Notes: generated from the sequence alone by a model not told the origin. Positions 39,455 through 52,388 are shown, counted from the stretch's first letter. The stretch: 64,000 nt of DNA from Bispira polyomma (GCA_965649765.1 OZ287749.1:41540001-41604000); one strand, 5' to 3'. Made by a program: numbers and translations.

Positions 39455-40285
39455 GTACTCCAACCTATATAGTCCCGGTTTGAATTTCAGCTTGGGCTTT
39501 AAGTAGGAAAGTTGGCAGCTACTTGCCAATGGTGGCTGGTTTACAGTGTAGAATCTGGACCACCTAGTACACACTGAATTGACTCTAGCACTAAATCTGA
39601 CCATTGGGATATGACCTATACGCTGTGTTGAAAGTTACGTTAAACCCAAAATCAAATCCATGACAGGTAAACAACACCGGAGTTTTAAAGGAGTGTAAAA
39701 TATGCCAAGATAGCAAGATATATTTCTTTTTGGGTGTATCGGAAATCAAAATCGAGCAAGATATATTTCTTTTGGCGTGTATGGGAAAAATCAAAATAAA
39801 GAATTAAATTGACCAAAACATATCTAATGAGCAAAATTATTGTACAAAATTTAGAACAAAACTTAGAACAAAACTTAAAAATCCTTGCAATTTCACAATA
39901 TTCACATGGCAACAATACTATCATGGGTTGCCTTGATAAAAAATTTTTTGTAGAACACTTAACCCTGATGCTGTGACCGTTGAAAGAACTACTTTCAATA
40001 TGGCCGCGCCCTGTTTACTTAGTTATAGAATTTAGCAGATGCAACAAAAAGAAAAATGTCAGTAATTGCTAGCATGAAATGTGTTAATAAAATGGACTTT
40101 TTATTGCGATAAATACACTTTCCGTTTAGCGAGGAAATATAAAATAAAAACACGAGAATAGTTATCGAAAAAAAGACTGTTGTGATTATTTAGGTTGAAT
40201 TTAAGATAAATCAAATGAATAGCATTAGTAAGGATAAGGGAAGTATTTATCTCCAAAAAAAATACTACAATAAAATGTTTGTCAG

Positions 40286-40472
40286 GTTGGTTGAGGATGA
40301 GGAGAGGATCTGGACTATTGAGAACATTGACACTGTGGCCCTCAAACACTTCCCTAACATCAACAGAGACACAGCCCTACAGAAGCCAATCCTCTACAGT
40401 AACTGGCTGTCTAAGGACTATATACCAGTGCAGCAGGAGGAACTCCGAGAATATGTTAAAGCCAGGCTGAAG
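40286..40472 (+). CDS. DYNC1H1: Dynein HC exon ([10 protein letters not shown]...YVKARLK)
   Basis: cag|G...AAG|gtaatg. Confidence 0.95.
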
Positions 40473-41061
40473 GTAATGTACAGGGGATTTTCTCAGGCTC
40501 CTCAGTGGAGTAGTAGTAACATATTCGCCTCCAACCTGTGCAATAAGTGGGTTGGCATCTCAGCCCTAGCTTGTATATGGAAAAATTAATAGTAAATTTC
40601 CTGAATGTCGTTGGTTTGCAGAGCAGAAAACTTTGACCAGCTGTACTTTTCTAATGTCCTCCACCAGTGAAATGTCTAGCATGATATGAATTTAGACGTG
40701 TTAAAAGCAATGTTAAACACACACTTAGCCAAACTCAGGGATTTTTATGTGGTATAATGTTGAACTAGTTTACAAATATATAAGTGTACATTGGTACAGA
40801 TCTAATATGTCGAGCAGAAGTGGAGAAATGTTTTTCTGAACAAAATGTCTAACTATTTTGTCGTTTTAGGTTAAGTTACAGTAAGATGAAGTTATTTACA
40901 CTGTTTTTTTTGTAAAGATATACATACACGTTGTATATGTTTGATTTAATATTTTGTTGCCCATTTACATAACCAGTATGTGTATTTTAGAGTACATTTT
41001 GACCGCCCTGAAAAAATAATACACTTCATAATCACAATCTCTGCTCTGTTCTATATCCCAG

Positions 41062-41325
41062 GTGTTCTATGAGGAAGAGCTGGACGTGCCTCTTGTCTTG
41101 TTTGACGAGGTTCTGGATCATGTGTTAAGGATAGACCGAATCTTCCGCCAGCCACAGGGACACTTGCTGCTGATTGGAACGAGTGGCGCTGGCAAAACCA
41201 CACTGTCGCGATTTGTAGCCTGGATGAATGGGCTGAGTGTGTTCCAAGTGAAAGTACATAACAAATACACAGCACAGGACTTTGACGAGGATCTGAGGGG
41301 AGTGCTGAGGAGAGCAGGGTGTAAG
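41062..41325 (+). CDS. DYNC1H1: Dynein HC exon (AAA4 P-loop GTSGAGKT)
   Basis: cag|GTG...AAG|gtaaga. Confidence 0.96.
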
Positions 41326-41801
41326 GTAAGAACCAAATAAAGGTATACTGCTTTGCCAAAAGAACCTGAGATCTGTAGATTTAGGATAGGGAAATATACG
41401 ATATGGAGAGAGATATGAAATAATTAACTTATTAATAGGAATAACCTAGACATGTTATCATTAATCATAATGTAGGTTTCAGTGAGAAACTCCAAAATGC
41501 AATTAGAATTATTTATCTTTACTGTATACAAAACTAAAGTATTGTGAGTTGAAGATCTTTGAGAAATACAAACTCAGTAGTAACGCCTTTCTCTAAATAG
41601 CCTGAGCTGGGACAATTTGGCTCATCAGAGAATATGAAATACCTGGCTGTTAATGTGTCACTAATACAAGTGACTATTTTGTCGCTGACATAGTGAGAAG
41701 ATCTAAATAGCCTTAGCTGGGACAATTTGGCTCATCAGAGAGTATAAAATACCTGCTTGTTAATGTGTCACTAACACAATTGTCTATCTTGCCTCTCACA
41801 G

Positions 41802-42014
41802 AGTGAGAAGATCACCTTCATCATGGACGAGTCCAATGTGCTGGACTCCAGTTTCCTGGAGCGTATGAATACACTGCTGGCTAACGGGGAGGTACCGGGT
41901 CTGTTTGAGGGCGATGAGATGACCACTCTGATGACCCAGTGTAAGGAAGGCTCACAGAGAGATGGACACATGCTGGACTCTCAGGAGGAACTCTACAAGT
42001 GGTTTACACAGCAG
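41802..42014 (+). CDS. DYNC1H1: Dynein HC exon (AAA4; FIMDESNV...[11 protein letters not shown])
   Basis: cag|AGT...CAG|gtaggt. Confidence 0.95.
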
Positions 42015-42113
42015 GTAGGTCTTAAGTCATCTCTAGAAGTGGTTTACACGGCAGGTAGGTCTTAGGTCATCTCTATAAGTGGTTTACACAGCAGGTAGGT
42101 CATCTCTATAAGC

Positions 42114-42425
42114 GGTCTCGCTGGTCTAGCGGTTAGAGTGTTTGACTTTGAATCAGAGGTTCCTAGATTCGATCCTCGCTTCAGGCCTGGAGATTTTACT
42201 CTTAGACAAGGTGCTTCACACAAAGTGGGGCCTCTCTGCCAATACGCTAATGGGTGTTAGTCTTTGTGCACTGCATGTGGCAGCACGATTAGTATGCTTC
42301 CTGAGGGTGCTGAGACTAAACAAATTGGTTGATAAGTGGTAGAAGTCCGCCCGGGGGGGGGGTGTAAACTGTAAGGTCGGATGAGACCTGAATAGAAGTG
42401 ATATCAGACTATAAATCTACACACA
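42114..42425 (+). mobile_element. tRNA-derived SINE-like element; SINE-like repeats also near 1135-1290, 2580-2770, 4580-4790, 7270-7555(-), 26600-26850(-), 29110-29320, 48410-48680, 55490-55710
   Basis: A-box-like TGGTCTAGCGG and B-box-like GATTCGATCC head; several other copies share the GGTACTTGC...ATATGACC...AAAGTGACGTAAAACC body. Confidence 0.6.
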
Positions 42426-42961
42426 TTGACATTTTAAGGAGGTATGAGAAATAAACTGGGAGTGTATTGTGATGGATCAAAAAAGGGTTCAGGCTTGAGC
42501 CAGTTTACGGTTTAAAATATTCTGAATTAAAGATAGATCCTTTTACATACTGTCTGCTAAAGTTGTAAATTGAAAATCTGTCAATGCAGTTTCAAATCTT
42601 TAAAACCACTTGTTGGTTTTAGATTAAATTAGGATATTTTGCATCACTGTACACAGCTTGTTTTAAATGATATATCACAGTTTTATGCTGTATTCTAACA
42701 AAGTTTACATTCAATCATTTTCTTACCACCTGGTTTATACACCAACAATCTTTAAAGGAAATGCAAATCAACTACAGCTCTAGTATCTTGTCTAGTACTC
42801 CAGGACTGACATTTACAGGACATAGAATGTGTGTCTTAAGTCAATAAAGTGTTAATACTTTGTTTTAACTAGTGATGCTGTAAATATTCTGCTAAAATAT
42901 GATGTCATCAAGTGTCCTACTATGTAGTTACTGTAGAGAGGGCCTGTTTACTTGTATAAAG

Positions 42962-43053
42962 GTGATGTACAACCTGCATGTGGTGTTTACCATGAACCCG
43001 TCATCAGATGGACTCAAGGACAGGGCAGCCACCTCACCCGCTCTCTTCAACAG
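42962..43053 (+). CDS. DYNC1H1: Dynein HC exon ([10 protein letters not shown]...SPALFN)
   Basis: Weak aag| acceptor; AG|gtcagc. Confidence 0.9.
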
Positions 43054-43548
43054 GTCAGCTACTAGCATCACAACTTGCACTTAAAATATTGATTTGTAGT
43101 AGCTTAAATTTAAGCCGAGATTTTATGAATTGCGCACAAATAAAAGATCTAGGGGTTAGATCTATGCAGAGATATATTGTTTTCCATTTTCCATAGTTAT
43201 TAGCCATTGTTTTAAAACTACTTTAATTTCACATGACTCCCAAAAATAAAGATTGACCCCCAAATTTGTTGTTAAAAGGTCAGTGTTATCCTTCCCTCCG
43301 AAAAAATATGTCATTGGAACCGCTGGTTAAAGTAGTGAAAATAATTACCTCCACCAAGAAGGTGTGGCCATTTCCCTTGGTTGGTTGGTTTGTTTGTTAC
43401 CAGGATTTAATGAATAGTACTGATCTGATTTGCATGGAATTTGGGATGGAGGCTGGACCAAGGAAGAACCCATTCCATTTTGAAATTGATCCAGGTAGAA
43501 GTGCAGATCTTGTAAGTCACTAGTTACAAGTGTCTGTTATTATTTCAG

Positions 43549-43642
43549 GTGTGTGTTGAACTGGTTTGGAGACTGGAGTACAGGTGCGCTGTATCAGGTG
43601 GGAAAGGAGTTTACAAACAAGATAGACCTGGAGAAGTCCAAT
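43549..43642 (+). CDS. DYNC1H1: Dynein HC exon ([10 protein letters not shown]...DLEKSN)
   Basis: cag|G...AAT|gtaagt. Confidence 0.95.
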
Positions 43643-44153
43643 GTAAGTAACTTCTTTTTAGGCAAAGAAATGTACAACAGTAGACTGTTTAGTGTCATGT
43701 ATGGAAAATTAATTTATATCGAGGAGTGAGTTGAATGCTTGGAATTAATAATGCTTTGAATTAATATTTAAAATAACCAAATGTTAAACTTTAGTTTCAC
43801 TTTGTGTCTATAAAAGTGCATTGTATGTTGAGGTTATGTGTAAAAGTATTTTTGTTTAATTCTCAATTAATATAAAAGTGCACACATGGTCTTGCATTTT
43901 ATGTGATTCTCATAAGGATGACTATAATAAATAGAAAACAAATTGCTATGGAATAGGTAGTTTTAATATAAAAGTAATTTGTACAGGATTATAATTTCTA
44001 GTTAAAATGGAAATACACAAAGTTTAATTTTTAATATAAAATTGTAAGTTATTTCAAACAATTCCTATTTGGTACAGTGCAATGATACCGGTTCTCTGTG
44101 ACTACATTTAACTACATTGCCCCATCTATCTTATTTACAGTTGAATGATACTA

Positions 44154-46928
44154 ATTATGTCCACCCCAGTGGGGGGTGGACATATTATTTTTGCTTTTTC
44201 CGGCGTCAGGCGTCCGTCGTCCGTCACGTTTGGTTTCCGGTCATTTCAAGGAAAATATTTATCCTATGTTTACCAAATTTGGTATGGGTGTTTATTGGGT
44301 TAATAGCTTGCATGGAATTGCTTTTGGTGAAGATAGCTTCATAGCTAACTGAGTAATAGCTACTTACTTACTTTTATGTACTTCTTTTGTTTCCGGGCAT
44401 TTTAAGGAAAAATATTTAACATACCTTTACCAAATTTGGTATGACCAATAGTTAGGTCAATAGCTTGCTTGGGATTGCTTTTAATGATAATAGCTATATA
44501 ACTGACTCAGCAATAGCTACTTGGCTACTTTTAGTAGTAATAGCTACATAGCAAAAAACATAAATATGTCTATCTCCTAAACCGTGCGAGATAGAGCGAT
44601 TTCGTCGAAATGTACTCTTGGCAATTTTGAAAAAAATTTTACTCTCCCCAAAAATGGCGGCCATTTTGAATTTTCGAATTTTTGCCAAAAATGGAAAAAC
44701 GTAAATTTGCTTCTATTTCCTTAACCGTGCGAGATAGAGCGCTTTCGTCGAAATTTTCGACCCACAGAGTATCTAAAGAATGTACTATAGGCAATTTTCA
44801 ACAAGTTTTCCTCTCCCCAAAATTGGCGGCCATTTTAATTTTTCGAATTTTTGCCCAAAATGGAAAAACACAAATTTGCTTCTATCTCCTTAACCGTGCG
44901 AGATAGAGTGATTTTGTCGAAATTTTCGACCCACAGGGTATCTAATCAATGTGCTCTTGGCAATTTTTAAAAAGTTTTCCTCTCCCCAAAAATGACGCCC
45001 ATTTACATTTTTTGAATTTTTGCCAAAACTGGAAAAACACAAATTTGCTTCTGTCTCCTTAACCGTGCGAGATAGAGCGATTTCGTTGAAATTTTAGACC
45101 CACAGGGTATTTAATCAATGTGCTCTTGGCAATTTTCAAAAAGTTTTCCTCTCCCCAAAATTGGCGGCCATTTTAATTTTTCGAATTTTTGCCCAAAATG
45201 GAAAAACACAAATTTGCTTCTATCTCCTTAACCGTGCGAGATAGAGTGATTTCGTCGAAATTTTCGACCCACAGGGTATCTAATCAATGTGCTCTTGGCA
45301 ATTTTTAAAAAGTTTTCCTCTCCCCAAAAATGACGCCCATTTACATTTTTTGAATTTTTGCCAAAACTGGAAAAACACAAATTTGCTTCTGTCTCCTTAA
45401 CCGTGCGAGATAGAGCGATTTCGTTGAAATTTTAGACCCACAGGGTATCTAATCAATGTGCTGTTGGCAATTTTCAAAAAATTTCCTCTCCCCAAAAATG
45501 GCGGCCATTTTGAATTTTCGAATTTTTGCCAAAACTGGAAAAACCCAAATTTGCTTCTATCTCCTTAACCATCCGAGATAGAGCGATTTCGTCGAAATTT
45601 TCGACCCACAGGGTATCTAATCAATGTGCTCTTGGCAATTTTCAAAAAGTTTTCCTCTCCCCAAAAATGGCGGCTATTTTGATTTTTCGAATTTTTGCCC
45701 AAAATGGAAAAATACAAATTTGCTTCTATCTCCTTGACCGTGCAAGATAGAGCGATTTCGTCGAAATTTTCGATCCACAGGGTACCTAAAAAATGTACTA
45801 TAGGCAATTTTCAAAAAAATTTTCCTCTCCCCAAAAATGGCGGCCATTTTGAATTTTCGAATTTTTGCCAAAACTGGAAAAACACAAATTTGCTTGTATC
45901 TCCTTAACTGTGCGAGATAGAGCGATTTCGTTGAAATTTTAGACTCACAGGGTATCTAATCAATGTGCTCTTGGCAATTTTTAAAAAGTTTTCCTCTCCC
46001 CAAAAATGGCGGCCATTTTGATTTTTCTAATTTCTGCCAAAAATGGAAAAACACAAATTTGCTTTTATCTCCTTAACCGTGCCAGATAGAGTGATTTCAT
46101 CGAAATTTTAGACCCACAGGGTATATAATCAATGTGCTCTTGGCAATTTTTTAAAAAATTTCCTCTCCCCAAAAATGGCAGCCATTTTGAATTTTTGCCA
46201 AAAATGGAAAAACACAAATTTGCTTCTATCTCCTTAACCGTGCGAGATTATACAACGAACAATAGCTTTTTCTTGATCTCGCCTGAGTAGACACACACCA
46301 TACACCCTTCCTTTGGTGTAAATAAAAAATTAGGAAACTTGTGCTCCCTTCTTTTGATACAAATAAAATAACATGAAATTTATGCACTATAGCTTTGATT
46401 TAAATAAATAAACTGATGAAACTTGAAAATAAACCTGAAAAAAAAAATGGACCTTAATCAATTGTAAATGTAGTTTATCATTACCTTACATCAGATTTTT
46501 ATGAATAATAGTTAAATTATCTGTTGTGAAGAAATTTTGCAAAATTGATGGCCAATTTTCCCACCCATCACTTTAGCTGATGGCCAATTTTGCTGATGGG
46601 ATTCACTTGATGGACATTTTTCCTGATGGGCTTTTTTCAGGAATCTGTTACATGGTGTACACTACTAGGCAGTGCTTGTGTAAATGTGTTCTGTACCATT
46701 TAGTTAGACAGAATTTTGTCCCCCTTGCAATTTTGACTGCCGTTTTGTCCCCTCGGTATTTTGTCCGACGACATTTTGTCCGTGCAGTTGAAATAATTTA
46801 CATGTATACTAATAAATTTTGGAGCATCGTTGATATATTTTACAAACAAAACATTCCTGTAAGACTACTGTGCAATTGTTTCAAAAGGTTCATGGGGTGG
46901 ACATTACACATGCTAATGTGTGTTCTTC
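44154..46928 (+). mobile_element. Non-autonomous Helentron/HINE (DINE-1-like) element carrying an internal tandem array
   Basis: 5' hairpin ATGTCCACCCC-agtgg-GGGGTGGACAT followed by a GTCC-like microsatellite. 3' subterminal GGGGTGGACAT (46894-46904) followed by hairpin ACACAT-gcta-ATGTGT. Confidence 0.65.
44570..46248. repeat. 169-bp tandem satellite-like array, about 10 copies
   Basis: AACCGTGCGAGATAGAG recurs at 44723, 44892, 45061, 45230, 45399 and onward (169-bp period). Confidence 0.95.
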
Positions 46929-47006
46929 TGTGCTATCCTGTTTCTTTTCATATGTTGCAGCTACTCTTAACAGGGCGTCCTATTTCTAGTTCTCTATACA
47001 TTTCAG

Positions 47007-47198
47007 TACATTGCCCCTGATGTCCTTCCCCTGGCCTTTGAGCGTCTACCTCAGCCCCCCACACACAGGGATGCTGTGATCAATGCCTTTGTGTACGTCC
47101 ACCAAACCCTTCACAATGCTAATGCCAGGCTGGTGAAGAGAGGAGGGAGAACCATGGCCATCACTCCCAGACACTACCTGGACTTTATACACCACTAT
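47007..47198 (+). CDS. DYNC1H1: Dynein HC exon ([12 protein letters not shown]...[13 protein letters not shown])
   Basis: cag|TAC...TAT|gtgagt. Confidence 0.95.
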
Positions 47199-47337
47199 GT
47201 GAGTGTGCCATCTGACCGACTGAAAGGTCAACTTAACTTACTGTACAGAAAAAGCAGATGTTATTTTTAAAGCAACATTTTTTAAATCATAAAAAATTAA
47301 TATTAACATAATTTACCATATATTTGTACATATGTTA

Positions 47338-47740
47338 CAGTCAATCTGTGAAACCAGTCATTACGCGTAATGGCTGAAAGTATATTAAGCAGGCAATAAT
47401 ATTATGTATCATGATCACATATTTGTAATAAGAATTATGACTTACTACATCTTTTCACAGTGAACTATTATAAACACCATTACACAGATTGACTGGAATC
47501 AAATTATACTGATTAGACAATCTATGTAAAATCTATTATCAACACCATTACACAGATTGACTGAAATCAAATTATACTGATTTGTCAAACTGTGTAAAAA
47601 TGAACCATCAATTTCAGTCATTACACGTAATGACTGGGAATTTTAGTCATTACACGTAATGACTGGTAGTTTCAGTCATTACGCGAAATGACTGAAAGTT
47701 TTAGTCATTACGCGTAATGACTGGTGTCACAGATTGACAG
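47338..47740. mobile_element. MITE with about 40-bp TIRs and repeated 22-bp palindromes
   Basis: TA-CAGTCAATCTGTGAAACCAGTCATTACGCGTAATG ... CATTACGCGTAATGACTGGTGTCACAGATTGACAG-TA. Confidence 0.8.
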
Positions 47741-48736
47741 TAACAAAAACAGTAGAACCTCTATTATCTGACTATTTGGTTATACAGATTCAATTTCATT
47801 CTCTCAAACTTATTTTTTTGCTATTGTTTTATACTAAAATGCCCCTTCTAGTTTACAGACCTTCTATTATCCAAACAAATTCTTACTCTCCTAATATGGT
47901 GGGATAATAGAGGTCTTACTGGATATTGTACTAGTCAACTATATTCCATAATCAGCTGACAATCAGCCCTGGTGTTTAGTGTATTTATCACAGCCTTTAC
48001 AGTTAAATTAATCGTGTAATCCCTGAGTTAGTCATTAAATATATACAGTTTCAGTAGATCCATATCTGTAAGTACACAGATTTAGTTTAACCTGTATATC
48101 TTGGTACAGAGGGAGTGAAGATGCAGTACAAACATCGGTTAGCCAAACTTGTATTTTTCGAATATGCAACTATATGTACACAATTTAATTCTCCTGAAAC
48201 ATTTTGCTATTGTTTACACACTAAAGTGCTTCTTCTATGTTATAAACCTTCTATTATCTGAGGTACATCTTACTCTCCTAACATGTTCACATAGTAGGAG
48301 TTTCTTCTGTAATTGTTATAAATCACTGGTGTCCCTCAAGGCTATGACACGTGTAACAATTGTTGTTTGAGGGTCTTCAAGTCGTATACAAGTATTTAGA
48401 GGAAACGATGGCCTTGTAATTAGAAGCATTGGCTTTACACTCACTGGCTTCTCACCAATGTGGGTTTGAATCCTGTTTGTTCCTTCATGCATGTGGAAAT
48501 GTTTTGTCAGGTACTTGCCGGTGATTTACAGTGCTTTAGCACTAATTTCTTTCACCCTTAAATTTAGTCGTCGCAATATGACCTAATGTCCGGGTCCCAA
48601 TTATGCGATTTAGAAAAGAGATTCTTTCAAATAGGTTGTGAAAGTGGGACTCTCCTCTTTAAGTGGTTGAAAGCAACGTACAGTTTAATGAAATTCAAAA
48701 TTAGTTTCAAATGTACAAGTCTCTATTGTGTTGTAG

Positions 48737-48916
48737 GTGAAGCTGTACACAGAGAAGAGGTCTGACCTGGAGGAACAACAGCATCACTTGAATGTGGGTC
48801 TGAGGAAGATCAGGGAGACTGTAGAACAGGTGGAGGAGCTCCAGAAGTCACTCTCCATTAAACGGAATGAGCTGGAGGAGAAGAATAACATGGCTAATGC
48901 TAAACTCAAACAAATG
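48737..48916 (+). CDS. DYNC1H1: Dynein HC exon (stalk CC1; [14 protein letters not shown])
   Basis: tag|GTG...ATG|gtgagt. Confidence 0.95.
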
Positions 48917-49281
48917 GTGAGTTAGTGATTAAGGGAAAGGTAAACAGATGGTGATTTAGTAAGGGAAACTGAAACAGGGGGTGAGTTAGTAAGTAAAGCA
49001 CAGTCTCTGTCACTGTCCATCAAACTCAATGAACTGGAGGAAAAAAGCAGCATGGAGCAGCACTAGGAATTGATGGGAGCCATTATATAAAGACCCGTCA
49101 AACCTATTTCAGTAAAATTCTGTTAGTTAATTCTTCATGTACACTTAATGTTGTAGATGGTTGGTCATTTCCTACCTTGTTCTACTTGTTCTCCACTAAT
49201 AAACTGTTCATCAGGTCATAATATACAGTTACTAAAATACTATTAAAACCCAAATAACTCAATTTAGAACAATTTTTCCAG

Positions 49282-49435
49282 GTCAAAGACCAGCAGGAGG
49301 CAGAGCGCAAGAAGGTGACCTCCCAGGAGATCCAGGTGGCGCTAGAGGACCAGAACAGGATCATCGCAGTGAAGAAGACAGCTGTACATGCAGACTTGGC
49401 TCAGGTAGAACCTGCAGTCATTGAGGCTCAGCAAG
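49282..49435 (+). CDS. DYNC1H1: Dynein HC exon (stalk CC1; VKDQQEAE...[10 protein letters not shown]), ends in phase 1
   Basis: cag|GTC...CAAG|gtaagg. Confidence 0.95.
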
Positions 49436-50067
49436 GTAAGGCCAATATAGTCTGTGTGTGTAGTAAACTACAGTAGAACCTCTATTTTACGGACATCGTG
49501 GGAGAGTGAAAATTTGTTTGGATAAAATAAGGTTTGTAAAATAGAAGTGGCATCGTAGTATGAAACACAACAGTAAAAAAGTTTGGGAGAGTGACATTTA
49601 AAAATACAGAGTTTTAATATAATTGTAGTTATTGATAACAATGTATGGTGTTCAGGCCTCAATGTTTTACTTTAAGTCAGTCTTAATGTTAATGGGATTG
49701 TTTGCCATTTAAAATTATATCCATACATATGTGTGAATTGTGTAGTTCTATGGGGTAAGGTCATGTGTGATTTTCTCCAGTTAAAAATATGTGTGATTTT
49801 CTTCAGTTAAAAATATATCTGTTACACGATGTTTGTTTCACTTTGTCTGGTGAAAGTCATTGAAATAATAAAACTATTCTTTTGGAAACTTCAGTACAGT
49901 GGGTTGCTAAAAGTTCATAATATTCTTTGCAATTTCTTTGAACATCTTCAGTTTGAAGAGAAGTGTCCTTAGTAGATTTGTTCAGAATGTTACCACATGT
50001 TGTGTTGAACAAATATACAAAAATGGTGCAATCTAACTGGACTAACTCTGTGGCCCATTTCTGCTAG

Positions 50068-50263
50068 CTGTGAAGTCCATTAAAAAGGAGCATTTACAAG
50101 AAGTACGCCGCCTCCCTAACCCTCCTCCAGGGGTCAAACTGGCCTTAGAATCCATCTGTACCTTACTCGGTGAGACAGAGATTGACTGGAAAGCCAGCCG
50201 CCAAGTCATTATGAGGGATAACTTCATTTCTACCATTGTCAACTTTGACACTGATAACATGCC
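50068..50263 (+). CDS. DYNC1H1: MTBD mutually exclusive exon A ([19 protein letters not shown]...NFDTDNMP)
   Basis: 196 nt, ctag|CT...CC|gtaagt, branch-point-like GACTAAC at 50040-50046, open frame. Confidence 0.9.
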
Positions 50264-51938
50264 GTAAGTGGTGGGCAGTGTTCTAGGAAAATCTAGTTCT
50301 TCCATTCCTCGACTGGTTTTCTGTGTTGCATTTTTATTTAGTCTTCCTTTGTGATTGTACCTTTTAGCATTTAGGTATTTTGGGTGACTGGTGTTACTAT
50401 ATTCCATTGTTTTTTTTAAAACCTGTGCATTTTTTTTCCAGAGCTTGTTTTAATTGTTCAGATTGCACTTGAATAAATGATGACTGCAATATCACTTGAG
50501 TTAAGTCATGCCAATTGCATAATATTTTCTACTGAAAATTTTTATCAGAAGATAAAATAAATGATGATAAAGTCTTGATTGTCTTTTAATTTTGTTCTAA
50601 CATTTTATTTAAAAAAACAAACTTAAACCAGTTATTGACCATAAAATTCTTTCATATCATCTCAATTTGCACACATCGTATATACAGGAGTGATTTGGGA
50701 AATATTAAGCATACCTGAAATGTGTTTTAAGAACTATATCTTTTAAATAAACCCAACCAATTCGAACGTAATTTTCACGTTCATTTTATAATACTTGCTA
50801 AAAAAAATGGTACAGTGTGTCATTATTTATTTATGTTTATCACATCAGAGTTACAGTGATGTACATATCTGTAACAAGAAGTGAATGTTTAGTTGTTTAC
50901 ACATTTGAGGTATGCGGCAATTCACCAGCAAGTCCTGTTTTGGAACTGCTTGTGTTCTTCGATAGTCCTAGTAGATTTTGATGCTGTTGTATAAATATGT
51001 AAATATGTGCAACCTGTTGCATTCTTGCGTTTGTATAAATACATAGTCTACTTTACAGCAGTGCCTGCCTTGTACATAGCATGTATTTATCCACAGTTCA
51101 CAGTTTTAGGATTGTAATGTCTGGTCTTGTTAAACGATGCCTTAGTTTCACTTCGTGTTAGGACCAATAACGAGGAAATCTGAGGATCAGTGGTAATATT
51201 CCAACTCAAATCTGGGAACTATGCAGTTTTCAACTTTTCGTATGGTTAATATTCTAAAAAATATCACATTTTCTGAGAATATGTGAAGAAATGGTTCTTG
51301 TTAGAGATAAATTTGATTTACACTAGTTCTAGTTACACTGTACACCCTAAAATGTGGGGCCATTCAAAGTATTAATCAGCTAAGTCTTGAACAGGAATTG
51401 ATGAACAAATTTTCTCTTTGGCTTCTGGGTTGAAATACTCAATAGGAAACAATTACCGATCCCTGGATTTGCATTCATGACATTAGTTTGTAGTTTACAG
51501 GGTATAAGTTGTCCATGGCTGTATTCCAGTTTAGAAAAAGTGGCCACTAATATGATTCTCTTAAAAAGTAATTTATACTGACACAGGAATTCTACAAAAT
51601 TTTAAGAACACTGCAATTTAAACATGTAGTTTAAAAAGATATTTAAATTGTTATACAGTATTTCTGTTTATGAAAATAGTTGCGGAGTTTACCCACTTTT
51701 TGATGTGTACTATGGCCAGTCGAACCTAAAGCTAACAACAGAAATAAATAACTTAAACTCAACTCAAATCTATGGTATTACAATCTCTGTCCACATTAAA
51801 CATGCATGTATATTAATTCTGACATAATTTTTAAATCCAGCATTCAAAGCTCTATTAAAATAACTGGTTACAAGTATGGGATATTTCTATGTACAGTAAA
51901 ACCTCTTGTGGTTAATATCTTCAAATAGTTAACACCTG

Positions 51939-52151
51939 GGGCCGTATTCACAAAAGGTCTTAGTCTTAACTTAGGCTTGAGCATAACATTTATGTCTAAA
52001 ATATTGAAGACCGCCAGATCTTTTGGTACGGGGTCTAAGACCAAATTTTTAACCTTTTCATCCAAATTCACAAAATCTTGACCTTCAGCCGAAAACAAAG
52101 ACCAAAATCTTAAGACTAAGTTAAGACTCCAACCTTTAGTGAATACGGCCC
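51939..52151. mobile_element. PIF/Harbinger-like MITE nested in a TA-flanked MITE (about 51894-52280)
   Basis: TIR GGGCCGTATTCAC...GTGAATACGGCCC with 3-bp CTG TSD; host element CAGTAAAACCTC...GAGGTTTTACTG. Confidence 0.78.
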
Positions 52152-52388
52152 CTGTCTATAATATACACTTCCTCCTGGTCCCGTTTGCGATCAGTATATT
52201 GTACAGTACATCCGAATTGGGAACAACTGTGTACACTTTGACTGGATCCGGTGAGTGTTCACTATATGGAGGTTTTACTGTAAAGAGAATTGCCCATAGC
52301 CTTGGTTTGAGTTGAGTATGGGTTTTATTTTGAGAGTACATCACTTTGTATAGTCACACTTTACACTCCTTGTACCACACACATGCAG

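Noticed and set aside
44494-45907. Short ORFs (MAKIRKFKMAAIFG..., MPKMEK...) in the 169-bp array
   Set aside because: They are chance translations of satellite units.
51059-51255. Possible fifth MTBD exon (tttacag|CAGTG...) between A and B
   Set aside because: The frame (VPALYIACIYPQFTVLGL*) has no MTBD similarity and stops early.
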